Assembly (NCBI RefSeq): GCF_003918875.1
Contig: NW_025765607.1
Location: 1-64,000 of the forward strand
DNA: 64,000 bases
Direction of reading: 5' to 3'
Origin: Haliotis rubra
Lineage: Eukaryota
In this document: one piece after another, positions 11,811 through 26,000 of the stretch
Layout of the letters: the number at the start of each line of letters is the position of its first letter
Position numbering within the stretch: the stretch's first letter is position 1
Made by a program: the position numbers and the translations under genes
The notes under the pieces: generated by a model
What the model was told of the DNA's origin: nothing
Databases searched by the model: none
What the model saw: the letters and a program-made list of their open reading frames with translations, nothing else

Positions 11811-12760
11811 TAGTGCTCGGTTTGTGATTCTTGATTGCACGCCAGAATCTTGAAAATGTCCACGGTTATCAGCACTACTATCTGATTCAAGTTTTCACCA
11901 GGTTTGCTTTTTGAAGAAACTGCAGTGTGTTCGTTCTTTTAGATTGGTAAGTAAAATAATCCTCCATGGTTAATTTATTCAGATTCTAAAGAAATTTGAG
12001 GTTTGGATGAGTTCCCTTTGCTATAGTTAATAGTTGCATGTTGATATTATAACAAATAGAGGGTCTTTCGACACTGTTTTCCGTGTGTACATGAACTGAA
12101 CAAACTATTTCTTATTTTTTCCAGGTTAAACCGGTAAATAAATATGAAAACGAAATTGTCATCTTGTAATAAATGTGCTATATAAAATGTGGCTTCATGT
12201 GATGTGTATACATATAGGTGTTGTTCCGGTTAAGATGAAATACGTTCCTACATCAACTATGCAAACGCTAAAGCAAGACATACACCTGGCACCCAAGTGT
12301 TACAACAGGTGTTTGCATGGTCAGCGGTTGATAGGTGACCGTAGCCCTACTGCCCCATATGAAAACATTTATCTTGATAGTAGATGCCATGACGCAGTTT
12401 AGGCTGTAGCAACGACCATATATTAAATGAAGAGCGTGTTTAACTGGTCTCAATATATTTATTTATGGAATATGCGGCCCATTTTGAAACACAAGTCGCA
12501 GGTTGATAGTGTGCATGGCTTAAATATTGAAGATCTCAGAAACTTGGTTGAACAACTATTTTGTATAAAAGTCCAATTTTCTATGCAGAACTAAGTATAA
12601 TCTACTCGTTTGTGTATTTAACATATTGTGCAAATTAACTACAAAATGCATGCTTATCATTCATTTGGTCTATATATACAACAACCCTGACATGAGACAA
12701 TATGCGTAATGCCCTGTAGATATGGAACACTATTCTACATAATACCGCTGCGGAACAGAT

Positions 12761-12931
12761 ACTGACTGACTGACTGAGTTTGGTTTTACGCCGCTTTTAG
12801 CAATATTCCAGCAACATCACGGCGGGGGACACCAGAAATGGGCTTCACACATTGTACCCATGTGGGGATTTGAACCCGGGTCTTCGACGTGACGAGCCAA
12901 CGCTTTAGCCACTAGGCTACCCTACCGCCCC
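12761..12931 (-). mobile_element. tRNA-derived SINE, family A
   Basis: Reverse complement of the 15991-16156 copy; A/B boxes, (CAGT)n tail, flanking repeat CGGAACAGA at 12751 and 12934. Confidence 0.9.
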
Positions 12932-13065
12932 TACGGAACAGAGAAGAACGTACTCTTAAAAACCTAATGAGATGAGTAGACAGGGTGACACTTTCCATGA
13001 TAATAAGTGGCGGGGCGGGGGTGGGGGTCGTGGTGTTTGGTGTGTGTGTGTATGTTGTGTATGTG

Positions 13066-13213
13066 TGGGGGGTAGCCAAATGGTTACTAGCGTCCACTCG
13101 TCACACTGAAGACCCGGGTTCGATTCCCCACGGGTACAATGTGTGAAGACGGTTTCTGGTGTTCCCCGCCTGAAATATTGCTAAAAGCGGCGTTAAACGA
13201 TACTCGCTCACTC
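13066..13213 (+). mobile_element. SINE family A, diverged (another partial copy at 13678-13790)
   Basis: GGGTTCGATTCCC B box, ATGTGTGAAG..TTTCTGGTGT core, ATATTGCTAAAAGCGGCG tail. Confidence 0.8.
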
Positions 13214-15641
13214 TTAGAAGTTGGTATGATGAAGGAGGAACAAGTTTATTCGTGTCTGCACGTTGAATTTATTGCAATTCATAAAAAAACTTCAAATACA
13301 GTCATTTGGCAATTCACAACTGGTTCTCAGTATGTTTCTGGTACGGATCAGTTGTCTTGTAATTAACAAGATATGTGAGTTAATGTATGTTGTTTGTTTA
13401 TGTCGCCATAGCTACGGTATAGCACACCATAACAAACCAAAAAATCATGGCGTCGTGAGATACCTGAGTAGATTGAGGGCCTCGCATATATTAGTGACTG
13501 ACAAAGACGCATTTTGCACCGATGTCATGTAACACAAAACATCGTACGCTCTGGTATTACCCTACTGCGTGTTTACAGTTGATAAGATATTGATCATGTG
13601 TCCAGATCATATATATCATATGTATCCGGATCGTGTACAGTGTCTCCTTAGTGTTTTCCTTAATCATATTACATACCGAGTTCGATTCCCCATATTGGTC
13701 CGATATATGAAGCCAATTTTTGGTGCCCCCTCCGTGATATTGCTAGAATATTGCTAAAAGCGGCTTAAAACAATACTCACTCTCTCACTCACAATACGGT
13801 TCAATGTTGGCACAGAATCGAGGCGGCTACAGTACGTAGCTGAGATTGGGTGGGTAGTTGTGCCTGTTCTCTTTAATAATGTGTGTGTAGACGACCTGGA
13901 TACCGATGTTCCCTGGAAACAAAGGATCGAGAAAGCTACAGGACGTAAGACAACGAAAAAATGGAGAAAGTGTGTTGCATGTAAGCGGTCTATATACCAT
14001 GGCTACGCAAGCGAGCTTATACGTGAGTGCGTTTGCATTTGTGTGGGCGTGTGTGAGTTTCAAATACAGTACCAAGACGCTTTACGCACCATGGTTCATT
14101 GTAGGCTCGGAAAGGCTACAATAGGGAACAGAACTTGTAGAAATTCGTTCTTTTGTACCTATGTGTGTATGTCTCTGCTTGTTGTGCATGCTTTTCAATA
14201 TGTTATGAGCGAATATGTTATGTTCCACGACAGACTGTCGTAGAAGGCAAAATCAGGCTACAGTACGTAACACTGACTGGGTGGTTATATGCGCGTATTT
14301 GTATCCGTGTGCGTGCGTGCGTGTGCTTTACTATTTCCTGAAGACGAACTGTACACTTCACTGTGAGTACGTGCTTGAAAAAAGCTTCAGTACTGTCTTT
14401 GTGTACATCGAAAAGGATATCATGAGTGAGTGAGTGAGTGAGCATAGCTTAACGCCACTCTGAACAATTTCACTTATTTCATCATGTTGAAGGAAAGGCA
14501 AACATGACATAGCGGCGAATAAAATGCCAAATCAAAAAAAAGAACAACAAAAAAATTAAACCCTCGATTAAAAATTTCCACTCAGCGAGACAAATTTATG
14601 TGAGAGCGAGTGGGGTTAATATTCATGACAGCAATATAAGCCCATTTGTAAGGCCTTTTGTTTATGCTGAATGTCAAGTCCAAAGTCCATTATCACTCCT
14701 TGGGAGTTTACAACTCAAACTGAATTTAATGTGCTCGTTGATTCTACCTGGTATTTATCAGCTGTTGGCTGTGAAGTCGTATTTGGAACAACTTCACTCC
14801 CAAAAAGAGACACCACATGTATGTGCTTCAGTGTAGGGCAGGATCTAAGCAGGCCTCAAAACATTCGGGAACCAAGTTGCCGAACACGGTCACCCATCCA
14901 AGGACTCCCTGCGACTAATGTGACATACCTTCGCCTGATACGTAGACTAAATCTTAATGTCGTCTTGAACAATATTTCAGGTTTTCACAGTATGTCTGCT
15001 AGATATCGGAGGAAGGCACAAAGTGATGTGTATAGTGCTAGGATTCGAACCCAGGTTCAGAGTTTGCACCTCAGAGACGCAGCTCTGCACAGCGAATTGC
15101 GCCGTCTAAAATGGCAAGTCCATCATACGCATCGACTTGAAAGTTGTAGGAGACCGTCTATTAGAGACGACACCAACATACACACATGAACAAACTTGTC
15201 GAGCAGCAAACCTCAGTGCCATTGATACGCAAACAATATGTTAAGAACTAATGGAGGTAACAAAAGACCACAAGAGGTTTAAAGAGAGAGGATAACTATT
15301 CCCGAGCATGCGTAGATTCACTTACTACACGTGCGCAATACTAGTAATAGTAATAGTAATTTATTCGCTTATATGGCGCTCATATCCATGCACATTGCCT
15401 GTTTACGGCGTTACGTACATTACTATCATAGGACACTATCGTACTTTCCAAAACCTTTTTCAACTCCCGCGGGATCATACAGCCATGCTGCCTGTTATGC
15501 GCAACGAACTATACACTGACATTGCCAGCACATCTTCACGGGTACCCAATTTACAGCTGTGTGAACTGAGACAATGTGGATCTAGACAACTTGTCCAAGG
15601 ATTAGAGACAGCTGTGCCTACCTCGGGACCCAAACCTAGGT

Positions 15642-15713
15642 GCCTCCACCGGGGATCGAACCTGGGCATTCAGCGTGATAGGCAGACGACTTACCACTGC
15701 ACTATTAAAAGGC
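15642..15713 (-). pseudogene. 72-nt tRNA-like sequence (Asp-like pseudo-tRNA or SINE head)
   Basis: Reverse strand GCCTTTTAATAGTGCAGTGGTAAGT...CCAGGTTCGATCCCCGGTGGAGGC has A/B boxes and a weak acceptor stem; the anticodon arm pairs poorly. Confidence 0.45.
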
Positions 15714-15990
15714 AACTGTGCGACAGTGTCCCTTTAGGATTCTATAATTTAGCACTTTACGGTCGGATTCTCATTTCGAATTTTGTAGAAACCATGTTAT
15801 TTGAGCTATGTATGAACGCTGGTAAGTTGACTCTGTGTTTAGTACTCTATCGAGTACTTCGATCACTTCAAAAGTGTAATCCAGTAATACGTGTCTGTCA
15901 ATTACCATATACTAAGTTTTTGAGCGTTTATTTTTATGACGTTACGTTTGTCATTGCCTACCAACGAGCAGCAAACCTCGTGATACAGTG

Positions 15991-16156
15991 GGGGCGGTGG
16001 GGTAGCCTAGTGGTTAAAGCATTGGCTCGTCACGCCGAACACCCGGGTTCGATTCCCCACATGGGCACAATGTGTGAAGCCCAATTCTGGTGTCCCCCGT
16101 CGTGATATTGCTGGAATATTGCTAAAAGCGGCGTAAAACTAAACTCAGTCAGTCAG
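15991..16156 (+). mobile_element. tRNA-derived SINE, family A, full length
   Basis: GGGGCGGTGGGGTAGCCTAGTGGTTAAAG...GGGTTCGATTCCCC...GCTGGAATATTGCTAAAAGCGGCGTAAAACTAAACT(CAGT)n; 13-bp TSD TCGTGATACAGTG. Confidence 0.92.
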
Positions 16157-19004
16157 TCGTGATACAGTGATATTTACGCGTAACGGCTGACAAACACCCT
16201 TCACCATGCGGTACAAAGGGCGGGGTAGAGCACGGGACAAGTATAACACATAGATAACATTTCAATGTGATAAGGTGCGTTGGCTCACACAGAAATCATA
16301 TCAGGGTCATTTGTGCAAGCTGCATTCAGCCTACCACATAGGTGGGTCTTCTCACAATAACCCAGCTGACAAAGACAGTATCGCCCTGTCGATAGATATC
16401 AGTTATCTCCCTTTTAATGCAAAACGAAGAGCATGATCAGCTTATTTCTCACCCGTATATTAATCATGCATTCACAACCCGGAAGAAAATGAGCGCGGTG
16501 TCAGAAGTCCACAAACAGTTTTTTACCACCAACCGGCCTGACCTACAAGGAAGAAATATTAAACTTGTTGCCGAACTCTTACCCAAGAAAAAGGGTGTGC
16601 AAACACAACATGAATGTTTTTGACACCTCGGCGTGGGAGTCTGGGTACATCTGCCTAATTCTGAACCACAGTTCTGATAGCCTAACTACAGCTTGTTGTA
16701 TATCTACAGAGTCACCTGTATATGGTTAGCTATGTTTTGGTATCTCTACTGACACAGTTGTTGTGTGACGCCATAGTCAGGTGAACAACAATGTGTTCCA
16801 GAAATAGAAGAAACAATTACTTCCTCCAACGTAAAGTACTAAAGTATCATACAAGACCGTTTATAATTTATGGCTAGGGGGGCTGATGATGATGTTCATG
16901 GAGAAGTATGTACAATGTGAATGACAACCACCTTCACCCCTGAAATATATATACAAAGTAAGTGACACCACCTGCCTGTCACGTTCAAGATTGCTAAACT
17001 TCCCCTGGTACATATGTGCAAATTTGATGAAATGATGAGCGATATTCCTGTAGATAACAATTTCATACATGTTTCGCTTTCATGCACATTTATTTAAACT
17101 GTTGAGCGTGATTAGAAAATTGTAAATTGAATAAAAAGAAGCATCTGGTGAAAAATAATTACAGATAATTATAGATATATCATTCATTCATTCAGTTGCC
17201 ATCATCTATTTACAGGGGCAGGAAGCGTGGAAGAAATGAAGTAACAATGTTTTGTATTTTCCTCACCCAGACCTAAAACTCTCAAAGATCAGCTTCACAA
17301 AGAATAAACACCCAAGTAGCGTGCGAATGTCTTAACTCCTGAGCTATCTAATAGCTCCCTCGCTGACTATTCATGCCCTGTTATCTCCCGGTTTTTCTTG
17401 GATTATTGTATATGTATACATCATACCTAGTCAAATTGACCTGACAAGTTGTTTCAGTTGGTTAAAATATTGTAAACAATCTGTCTCAGGAAATGATTAA
17501 AGAAATATAATTGCTGCCCCGAAAAAAAATCAATCTGCAAAGAAATCACTAGGATCCTATGAATAAAACTACAGATGAGGGTGAAAATACACGTTACATG
17601 ATTATACCTGTTATTTAACTGCTCGGTCCTGTACCATGAACGGTTCGACAGTTTCAGCCTTATGCCCTTTCCCAAGGAGCTGGACATATAAAGAACGCAA
17701 TGAAACCAACACATTATAGGCTATCTTTCGTTTGAGCGAAGAATCACCGCCGGGTCTAAACATTCCACTGTAACTGTTTCCTACAGAAACAAGAACTGAA
17801 TCCAGAGTAAAGAAAAAAATAGCATAGTAATAGGGAAAAGAAGCATTTTGGCTTAACAAGGTAAAATTTGTAGACGAACATGAACTTGAACAACCCTCTT
17901 TTTCGTTTGCAGACCTTACAGTTATCTTGTGAATTACAATAGTTGGTACGGATACAGTGCATCTACAGGTACAAGACGTTTTAGGGGCCCTCGTAACTCT
18001 ACAAAAGCCAATAAAACTGTCGAAGAGGCACTTCACCCTTGTTGAACACGTGCTTTGTGACACTAGCTACCTCTGTAATATCAACCGGAGCAATGTATTG
18101 GGAGACACAAACAAGAAGAGCTTAAAATATCTTGAAACACCCAATAAATGAAGAACTTTCAATTGTCATGCGTCATCAGTTTTGCTAATTTAGATAAGAG
18201 GGGATGATCGCGTGTGTGCGTGCGTGTGTGTGTGACGCCGGAGACCCGGGTTCTATTCTCCACTTTTTCAGTATACTTCAGAATAGGGATGGGATGCATC
18301 TCATCTTTTCGAGAACGTTACTGTTTTCAGTGAATAGAGGGAGTTTACAGGCGGAAAGTCAGAAATGTCGAATAAGTCTTTCATCATGACTTCACAGATG
18401 TTACCAATGGGCATGATGTAGCACAAGGAATCGGTAGGGGTATTGATCCACAACAGATGTGATGCAGTTTTAGTAGAAATAGTAGAATTAAATCTTGGAT
18501 ACTTTTAAAATGGAATTCAAATACAAATGCAATCTGTGTACTGCTACCAACCTGTCGTTGAAATATACTCAGGACGTGAAATGAGCGTTTGACCAAATCA
18601 GGCCCTCTTCTATCCTTGAACTAACTTCACATCCACGTACCTGCGTAAATTATCCACGAAAAATACGCCGAAGGGTGAATTCTTTATCAATTTCAATCCT
18701 GTTTCAAAGTGAATCCTGAACCTACACTATGCGGGGTTAAAATTCAACGTATTCTTTCAGCTCATATTCTCGGTTGAATTGGAGCATCCAGTGGACTTTG
18801 GTCAATCTTAATCTTCAAATTTTAGATACTGCTAATGGATCATATACTTTGATTTGGACTGAAGACCGGGGATGAACTTTTCAGCGGTGGTCCTTCTCAG
18901 ACTAAGATCCTGCATGACGTGTTTGGCATATGGCGAGAACATGTCTTCTGTCACTCTCAGTCTCACAGGTGCTTGGGAGATATCCTCCTGGAGCTACTGA
19001 GGAT

Positions 19005-19255
19005 AGTCCCGGTCCTCCCTAACATTCACCAACCAGAAAGTGGAACTTACTGAGTGGCACCCATTGACCTTAACCTGTGTAACCTTTGACTGTTAAATTG
19101 CTTCTACTGTCAAGTGGTACAGTATCGCAGTGTTCCATTGGCAAGAAGGATATCAAATTAGGCACTGTCCAGACAAGTACAGTGACCTTTACCCTTTCAG
19201 GGTTGACCATCGTCATACAGTTGATTGTCGCGCCATCAACATCCACACACTCACA
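19005..19255 (+). pseudogene. Relic Ig C2 exon homologous to gene B exon 41998-42318
   Basis: DNA similarity by eye, e.g. TGTCCAGACAAGTACAGTGACCTTTACCC..TGACCATCGTCATACAGTTGATTGTCGCGCCATCAACATCCACA vs TGTCCAGACCACAAGTACAATGACCTTCACCCC..TGACCTTGGTCATACAGTCTACTGTCGCGCCACCAACATCCACA. Also NQKV..PLTLTCV. Frameshifted. Confidence 0.8.
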
Positions 19256-20117
19256 GGTCAAATCGTCAATCAAACACTTGCCTTTCTTTTTGGCAAACGG
19301 TCAAGCAGTCACTAAATCCAATAACATAGCACCAGTGATTTATTGTCTCATGTTAAAGAGTGAGTTCGTCAAACATTTAGGTCAAAAGAATTTTGGTTGA
19401 AAAAGGTATGAAACTGCATCACGGTAAATATTAAAGAATGTAGACATTCATGTAGATTCAAATAACATCATAGCTGGTCGGAGGTTGGCAGATGGTCACG
19501 GCAGCAATACTAATGCGGTAAGAGGTCCAGATAACACTGTTGCTAAAGATTATTGTCCTGTATTACTTTCCAGAATAGTTCACGTGAGAGAGCCAGAAAA
19601 CACTGTGGCCTTAGAGAACAAACCTAACATATACTCCCACTCTCCATTGTCGAAATTTCTTCGGTCATGCGATCGCGCCTTGTCAGACGAATTAGGTCAG
19701 GGTCATCGTGGTCATTGCTACTCCTCGATCTTCAGTGTCTTGGATCATCCCTTATTTTTACCGGTAGGTACGTGCTTCCTCAAAGGTCGACCAAAGACCG
19801 GTTTGTTACCATCAAGTTAGCACCAATGTTGCATCAAGACATCATTGCGTCATGCAATCCAAAAACTTGCCATCGCGTATTGTTTCGTGTGCCTTGTGAA
19901 GAATAATTAATTCTTAATACTTTAGCTATGAACGCCTGTTAAATGTTCAAATGTACCCTTGCATACAGCTGGTGCTTAATCGATGCTCATTTGTCGAGAA
20001 GGGAAATCATAATTTTGTGTGTGATGTTCTGTCATATGTTCGCTTCACTGTGACATTTGAGGGAATTGAAAGATCTGCATAATAGTCACAATCAGTCGTT
20101 TGTATTTCATGTCGACA

Positions 20118-20255
20118 TGGGGCGGTGGGGTAGCCTGGTGGTTAAAGCGTTTGCTCGTGACACGGGTTCGATTCAGCACATAGGTACCATGTAGGGAGCC
20201 CATTTCTTTTTCCTCGCCGTGATATTTCTGGAATATTGTTAACAGCAGCGTTGTA
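20118..20255 (+). mobile_element. SINE family A, degenerate
   Basis: Same head and tail motifs as the 15991 copy, with internal deletions. Confidence 0.75.
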
Positions 20256-21174
20256 AATTAGACCACTGCCATGACTAACCGTATCTGTTGACATGAGTGG
20301 TTTACCATCATAGCACATGGACTCCCTCTGCATCTCTGTTGACTGTCACCAAGGACGACACAGACAGGGAAGTGGTCTTTGACAATGTGCGTACATGGTG
20401 TCCACGAGTGGGGAACCTACGGGAGAGGAAACATTTACCTGTTCGCCAAGCCCTGGAATCTTCACTGTGTGATACTGATTCATAAACACATGCTTATGAT
20501 ATAGTTCATATGTTCATGCTCATGAGTGGATCATATGAATATGGAAATCTAAAATTCATGGTCTGATAAAGATTACTAGATCAATATATTTGGTAAATGT
20601 TTGTATATAAACGTTGCGAGTCTGTCGAGATCTTTTCGTATATAATCTGTATCATGATATTATTTTGTATCATGACATGATGAATCCAAAGATAATCTTC
20701 TAAGTGTTGAATTGGTCTCAATAAATATGTTCACGGTAGATAAGCTACGCATAGTATCTTTGATACTGAGTCATTCTTGAACTTGGTGTTAATGAAACCA
20801 TACAGTAAAATATGACCTTGTTCTTTTCTCTTTCGGGTGAGATGTCCATTCTTATAGACACCACTGTAAACTCCGGAGTCCAAGTGCCCTTGAGTATCAC
20901 GCTACACCTGTCAATTGATCACAGCTGTTGGTGGCATGTTTCATGTACTTCTGTTGCTTTAATGATCCTAGGATAAGGGTTTTTATGAAAGCTTAAATAA
21001 CCTTAAGATGTTTATGACAGTCCGGACCGACGGATGGAATCTAACATTATTAAACGGTACTGAGATACATATAATTCTATTCTTTAGATCAAAACTCATG
21101 TTGAGATGACAAAGGGTTTCACTGTGAACGTGTTTGCTTTACATACAATGGACAATGGCATTGTAACGCTTTGT

Positions 21175-21400
21175 TTGTTTGCTGTTTAACGCCTCACTCA
21201 TCAATTATCCAGCTATATGGCGGCGTTCTGTAAATAACCGAGTGTGAACCAAGCAATCCAGTGTTCACCGCCATGAGCATTGGTCTACGCAACTGGGATA
21301 CAATGACATATATCAACCAAGTCAGCGAACCTGACTTCCGATCTCGTTTACGCACAAGCATGGGTTGCTGAAGACCAAATCTTACCCGGATCTTTACTTG
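21175..21400 (-). mobile_element. SINE family B, diverged
   Basis: Reverse complement aligns with 35291-35562 (CAGCAACCCATGCTTG...GCTGACTTGGTTGA...CCGCCATATAGCTGGA). Confidence 0.8.
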
Positions 21401-23066
21401 CAACTCACGACCTTAAAGCGGAGAAAGTAATTTCATGAATGTGTACAAAATTATACAGCATTTAATTTCGGAATAAATATTTGTTACTGAACTTTATGTG
21501 AGGCACAGTTATATTTTTCGTTAGTGTATTATTTGTATTGTACAGGACTCAAATAAATAAAACTATGTACTTTATCTTACTTCCATTTAGTATACGTGTA
21601 TTCAGAATGATTGATATACAACGTTTTTGTTCTGTCAAAAGCGACGTTTCGACATCGATTCTACTGTCGTTGCCAAGCAAGTAATGTGATTCTAAAATGC
21701 CCATCAAAGATGTTCTACATGTTTTGCCAATTGATATTATTTCTGAATCATAGTGTCTAGAAATGAAAATGATTACTGTATCCAACAATGTTACAATTAT
21801 CCGCCTATAATGATATTACGGGGTGTGTATAGATCTGTTTCCTGGTGGTTAAGTCTTTAAACTGACATAAAGGTTGACAAAGCTCTAAGAGTAACTTAGG
21901 TAAGATCCAATCTCCAAAATAAAACAGAAAGATGCGATTACAATCGTCTTGTTTTATGATTACAACGATACATAGGAAGCTCCTTTTCTCTCTGAACAGG
22001 TTGGCCTGTCTTGAAAAAAGTATCATAAGAGTCATAAATTGGCACGTATCTATACATAAATTGACTACGATATGTTATTATCTCACGACCGCCTCAGATG
22101 TATATATGTTTGAGACGGTAGAGGTATACTGAACTATATTTAGACACAGCCGAACTAGTTTGTCATGGGCGATGTGCATGTACACAGGTACTCTACTTCC
22201 GTGTTACGTTCCCCAGTCAGACAGGACGATAACATCCTGGACACACCGAAGTCTCAGCTGGTATGTATAATGTATAGAATGTGAACCGTAACTTCTTATT
22301 GGTCTGAGTGGTCCATATCCTTATATCACTGCTGAAATACAACCGTGTCTGTTTGAAACCTGTCTGCAAAATATAACAGACCACTGGTGGATCGAAACTC
22401 CTTAATTACATAACTCTGTAGCTATACATACGTGTCAATAGCATAATGCATTGCTAATGTAGCGTTAATTAAATGCAACATTTTAACGAGTTACGTACAG
22501 TTTTAGTACAGTTTGTGTACAACAAAGTCTGTTTACGGTTCGTGTGTGAGCCAGCCGCTAAGTAGAGTTGCGTCCCTTGGTCCATATACCGTTTTGTATG
22601 AGCTTTGATGTAGATATGCACATTATAAACTAGTTATATGAACGCAGGACATCTTTAGACTTCCCGTCAGTAAAAAATTGGCTTTAAAAACAATGTCATT
22701 TGATTGACAATTAACATTAATATAAGTCATATACATTTCGTCGCCTAATATGGATCAACGCACAACATTATATGAGAGTTTCTGCATTATGTTTACGCTG
22801 CATAACGGCTTGAGTATTAACAATTCGGGTTGTGTCATTATTGTCTCAATTTGTTTATATATGTGACATTATATACTCTTATATGCATGCATGAACGCAC
22901 GCACGTGCTTTCTATACATTCATACAGTGTTAACAAGTATATATGAACATAAAAAATTGACAGTAAATGTTGCCTGCTACATATATACAAGTAACCACTA
23001 TACAGAGTAGTTATGGTAAACGATGACGATTTTCTCCAGATCTCACCGAGGTGCCAGACAACAGGC

Positions 23067-26000
23067 ATGGTCAAGGTAGTTTCGGTTGCTATTTTTTGTG
23101 TGACTGCAGGTACGTCTTTCATATCTGTCTTATGAGTTTATGTTAAACTTAATTATGTTCTTTGTTCACATTTGAGACCTTGTTTACCTGATACACATTG
23201 AATGCCGGTTTACTCATTCTACTTCGTTTCTGCCACCTCGTAAGTGACTTCTCTCTACAGGTGTTGTATCAGGTGCCGCCAGTGCCAGTCCAGTGTTGTC
23301 TGCTGTGTCTGACACAGCCAGGTTCAGCTGGGAGATTCCACAGGGAGGTCTGGGGACAGGAAGTACTTTCTATGCTCTCAGTCCTGCTGGTGTTGTTGTG
23401 TTCATAGTGACAGGCACTGGGACATTCAGCCCCACCCCCAACTACACATCTAGACTGGTGTACCAGGGGAACAGAGCAGCCAGGAATGTCACCTTCACCC
23501 TCAGCAACATCCAGACATCAGATGCAGGGACATACACTTGTGGGGCTGGAGGGGCCGCTAGTGTGATACAGAACTGTGGACAGAAGCTTGTTGTCCTGGG
23601 TGAGTGGTTACTTTATTAGTTGTTGTTTAACATAGGATTAATATGGATCATCCATGTTTGTATTCAACATACATATTCCCATGAAAATATAGTATGTCTC
23701 AGCTATGTTACGTGTGTCATTATTACACCAATCAAAGATTATTCGAAATTTAATAAAAGCCCGGGTGTATTAGGTTTGTCGAGTTAATTGATGATCAAAT
23801 CTATTGCACCAATCCCCACGTATCAGAGTTTTAGGATATCTATAAACATGAACGTCTACACTGGTTGCAATGTACTTGTTGTCCGAGAGCAAAAAGGTTG
23901 TTTTCGTAGAACAATTTACATTTGCGATAAGATACCTTGGGTACCGCATCGAATATGCTTAAACCTCTTTTAAATATAAATACAATTAGAGCAACTTTAT
24001 GCAAAGGCCTGTCCTAATCATGGAAGAATAACCGTATACATTTTTTATTTCCAAGTTACAAACTGTTGTAATGTAAGTTAATGTCGCATGTGTGCAAGGA
24101 ACCAATGATGTAACTGATATGTGTAGTGTTTGTAATGATCAATCGCATTCCGTTTTGGGTTATATGGTTTTGTGTTAACCCAATTTGCATAAATCGACAT
24201 GTACAAGCACCTAATTTACATATACTGTATTTTGAAAGGCAAACCCACATCACCTGGTCGTCCACCAGTGTCAACAACACCTGTCTACAACCAGCAAGTG
24301 ACCTTGACCTGCAGCTCCACCTCTACCACTGTCCCTGCTGACCATGGTCTGACCTTGACCTATACATGGCAGCGGGACAACACTGACATCACAGTTACCT
24401 CCCCTGGTTCCTCCTTCACCTTCACAGTGAGTTTCCGGGACAGTCACAGCTACAGATGTAGAGCGAGAGAAAGTCAGGGTCTGGAGTCAGAGTGGAGCCA
24501 GGTGTACAACATGGAGCCTCAGTGTGAGTACGCACGACGACTACCAACACTCTTATCTAATCGTAAAAAGTAACTACTTCTTCACATTTATACATACACA
24601 ATGCATGAATATATGCCATTTTTCTATTGAAATCATGCTTTTTAAACCGATAATGAGGTTTTTTCATGGACTACTGAGGACTGTGGGCTACTTTTGTCAG
24701 AGACAGAGTTTCAAAATGTGCAAGGTGTTAAGCGACAGGAGTGTTTGGGCAAGATGAAACGGGAATATATTCTCTATCGCTACATTCGTCTCACGCAGCG
24801 CAGCACGTCTCAGGCATCGTAATTGCTGCACTTTTAAAATCGACCAGCAAAACACCATTAATGCACTGTAAGTACACTTAGGACCGTAGTGATTGGCGTC
24901 ATCTATTGGTAAAGTGGTAAAGGGGGATAACTGAGGAATGTACCCCCATTGCAAAGAAAGAGTTTGTGACAGAAACAGCAAAACCTAATTTCAACAAACT
25001 GATGCTTACCCGAACTGCAGAAGATAAGTTGTATTGTCTGGTGTCCTATAGTCACGAAAGGAAATATTTTTGCAGTGAAGCCCCGTTAGTCTGGACCCCG
25101 ATAATCCGGATGTCTCGCCTCACCGACGATTTCAGCTTGTTGCCAATCTATGCCTATTTAATTTGCCCTGATAATCCGGAAATTCGGTTTCCGGAACGTA
25201 GCTGTCACCAATCAGTATAAATAAACAGTAAATTGCGTCACAGTCCGGACGCTGTAAGTCGTGTTCACGAACCGTAACAACACCTCCCGGCGGGATGGCC
25301 TAAAAGTCGGGCCAAGAAAAGTCGGGTCGGGCCACCGGGTAATACTAAAAATGGATTGCAGAATATTAAAACGAAACCTGCACATTTGGGTCGATACACT
25401 TCCTGCCTTCACAAATGCATAGTTTGATTGAAAATGTATAGTTAATGGTGAAAAAACCCACACAACAACAATGACTACATACCGAGATTCCCGTAGAAAA
25501 GACACTGTCTTGTTGTTATGTGTTTTCCTTGATATGTCTATGAGGGAAGGTTGCGTGTGACATCCTGGTGTCCTCGGCAGGAAGTGACAGTGTTTTGACT
25601 GCTTTTCTTTCCTTAATTAAGATAGTGGGGTTCAGCATTTAACCTTTGTTGTCTCAGGCTGAATCAGCACAGGATGTTTATGTTAAAGAGACGTGGATAT
25701 CGGCGAGTGTCAATGGGCAAATATGACATGATTATGTATATTAAAAGGAATATTTGAAATCACAAACTTTTTGTATATGTTATAAAGGATCAAACAAAGT
25801 ATGCATTCACAAACACCAAAATTTTTGTTTTCATTGTAAACAATACCAGCTCAAATCAGATAGCCAGCGCGTATGCATATTCTTATATTTACCAATACAC
25901 ATGAAACACAAAATGGTATTATATCTACCTAAATACCACTTCATAAAGTAAAGTAAAAGTGAAGCCCCTTTCTCTCTCCATTCCCAACGATTTAGGAAAA

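Noticed and set aside
15991-16065. tRNA genes at SINE heads (also 12860-12931, 27352-27425)
   Set aside because: A/B boxes are followed by SINE body, tail and TSD; these are not stand-alone tRNAs.
15308-16105. 265-aa ORF
   Set aside because: Runs through a tRNA-like repeat and a SINE; no coherent domain.
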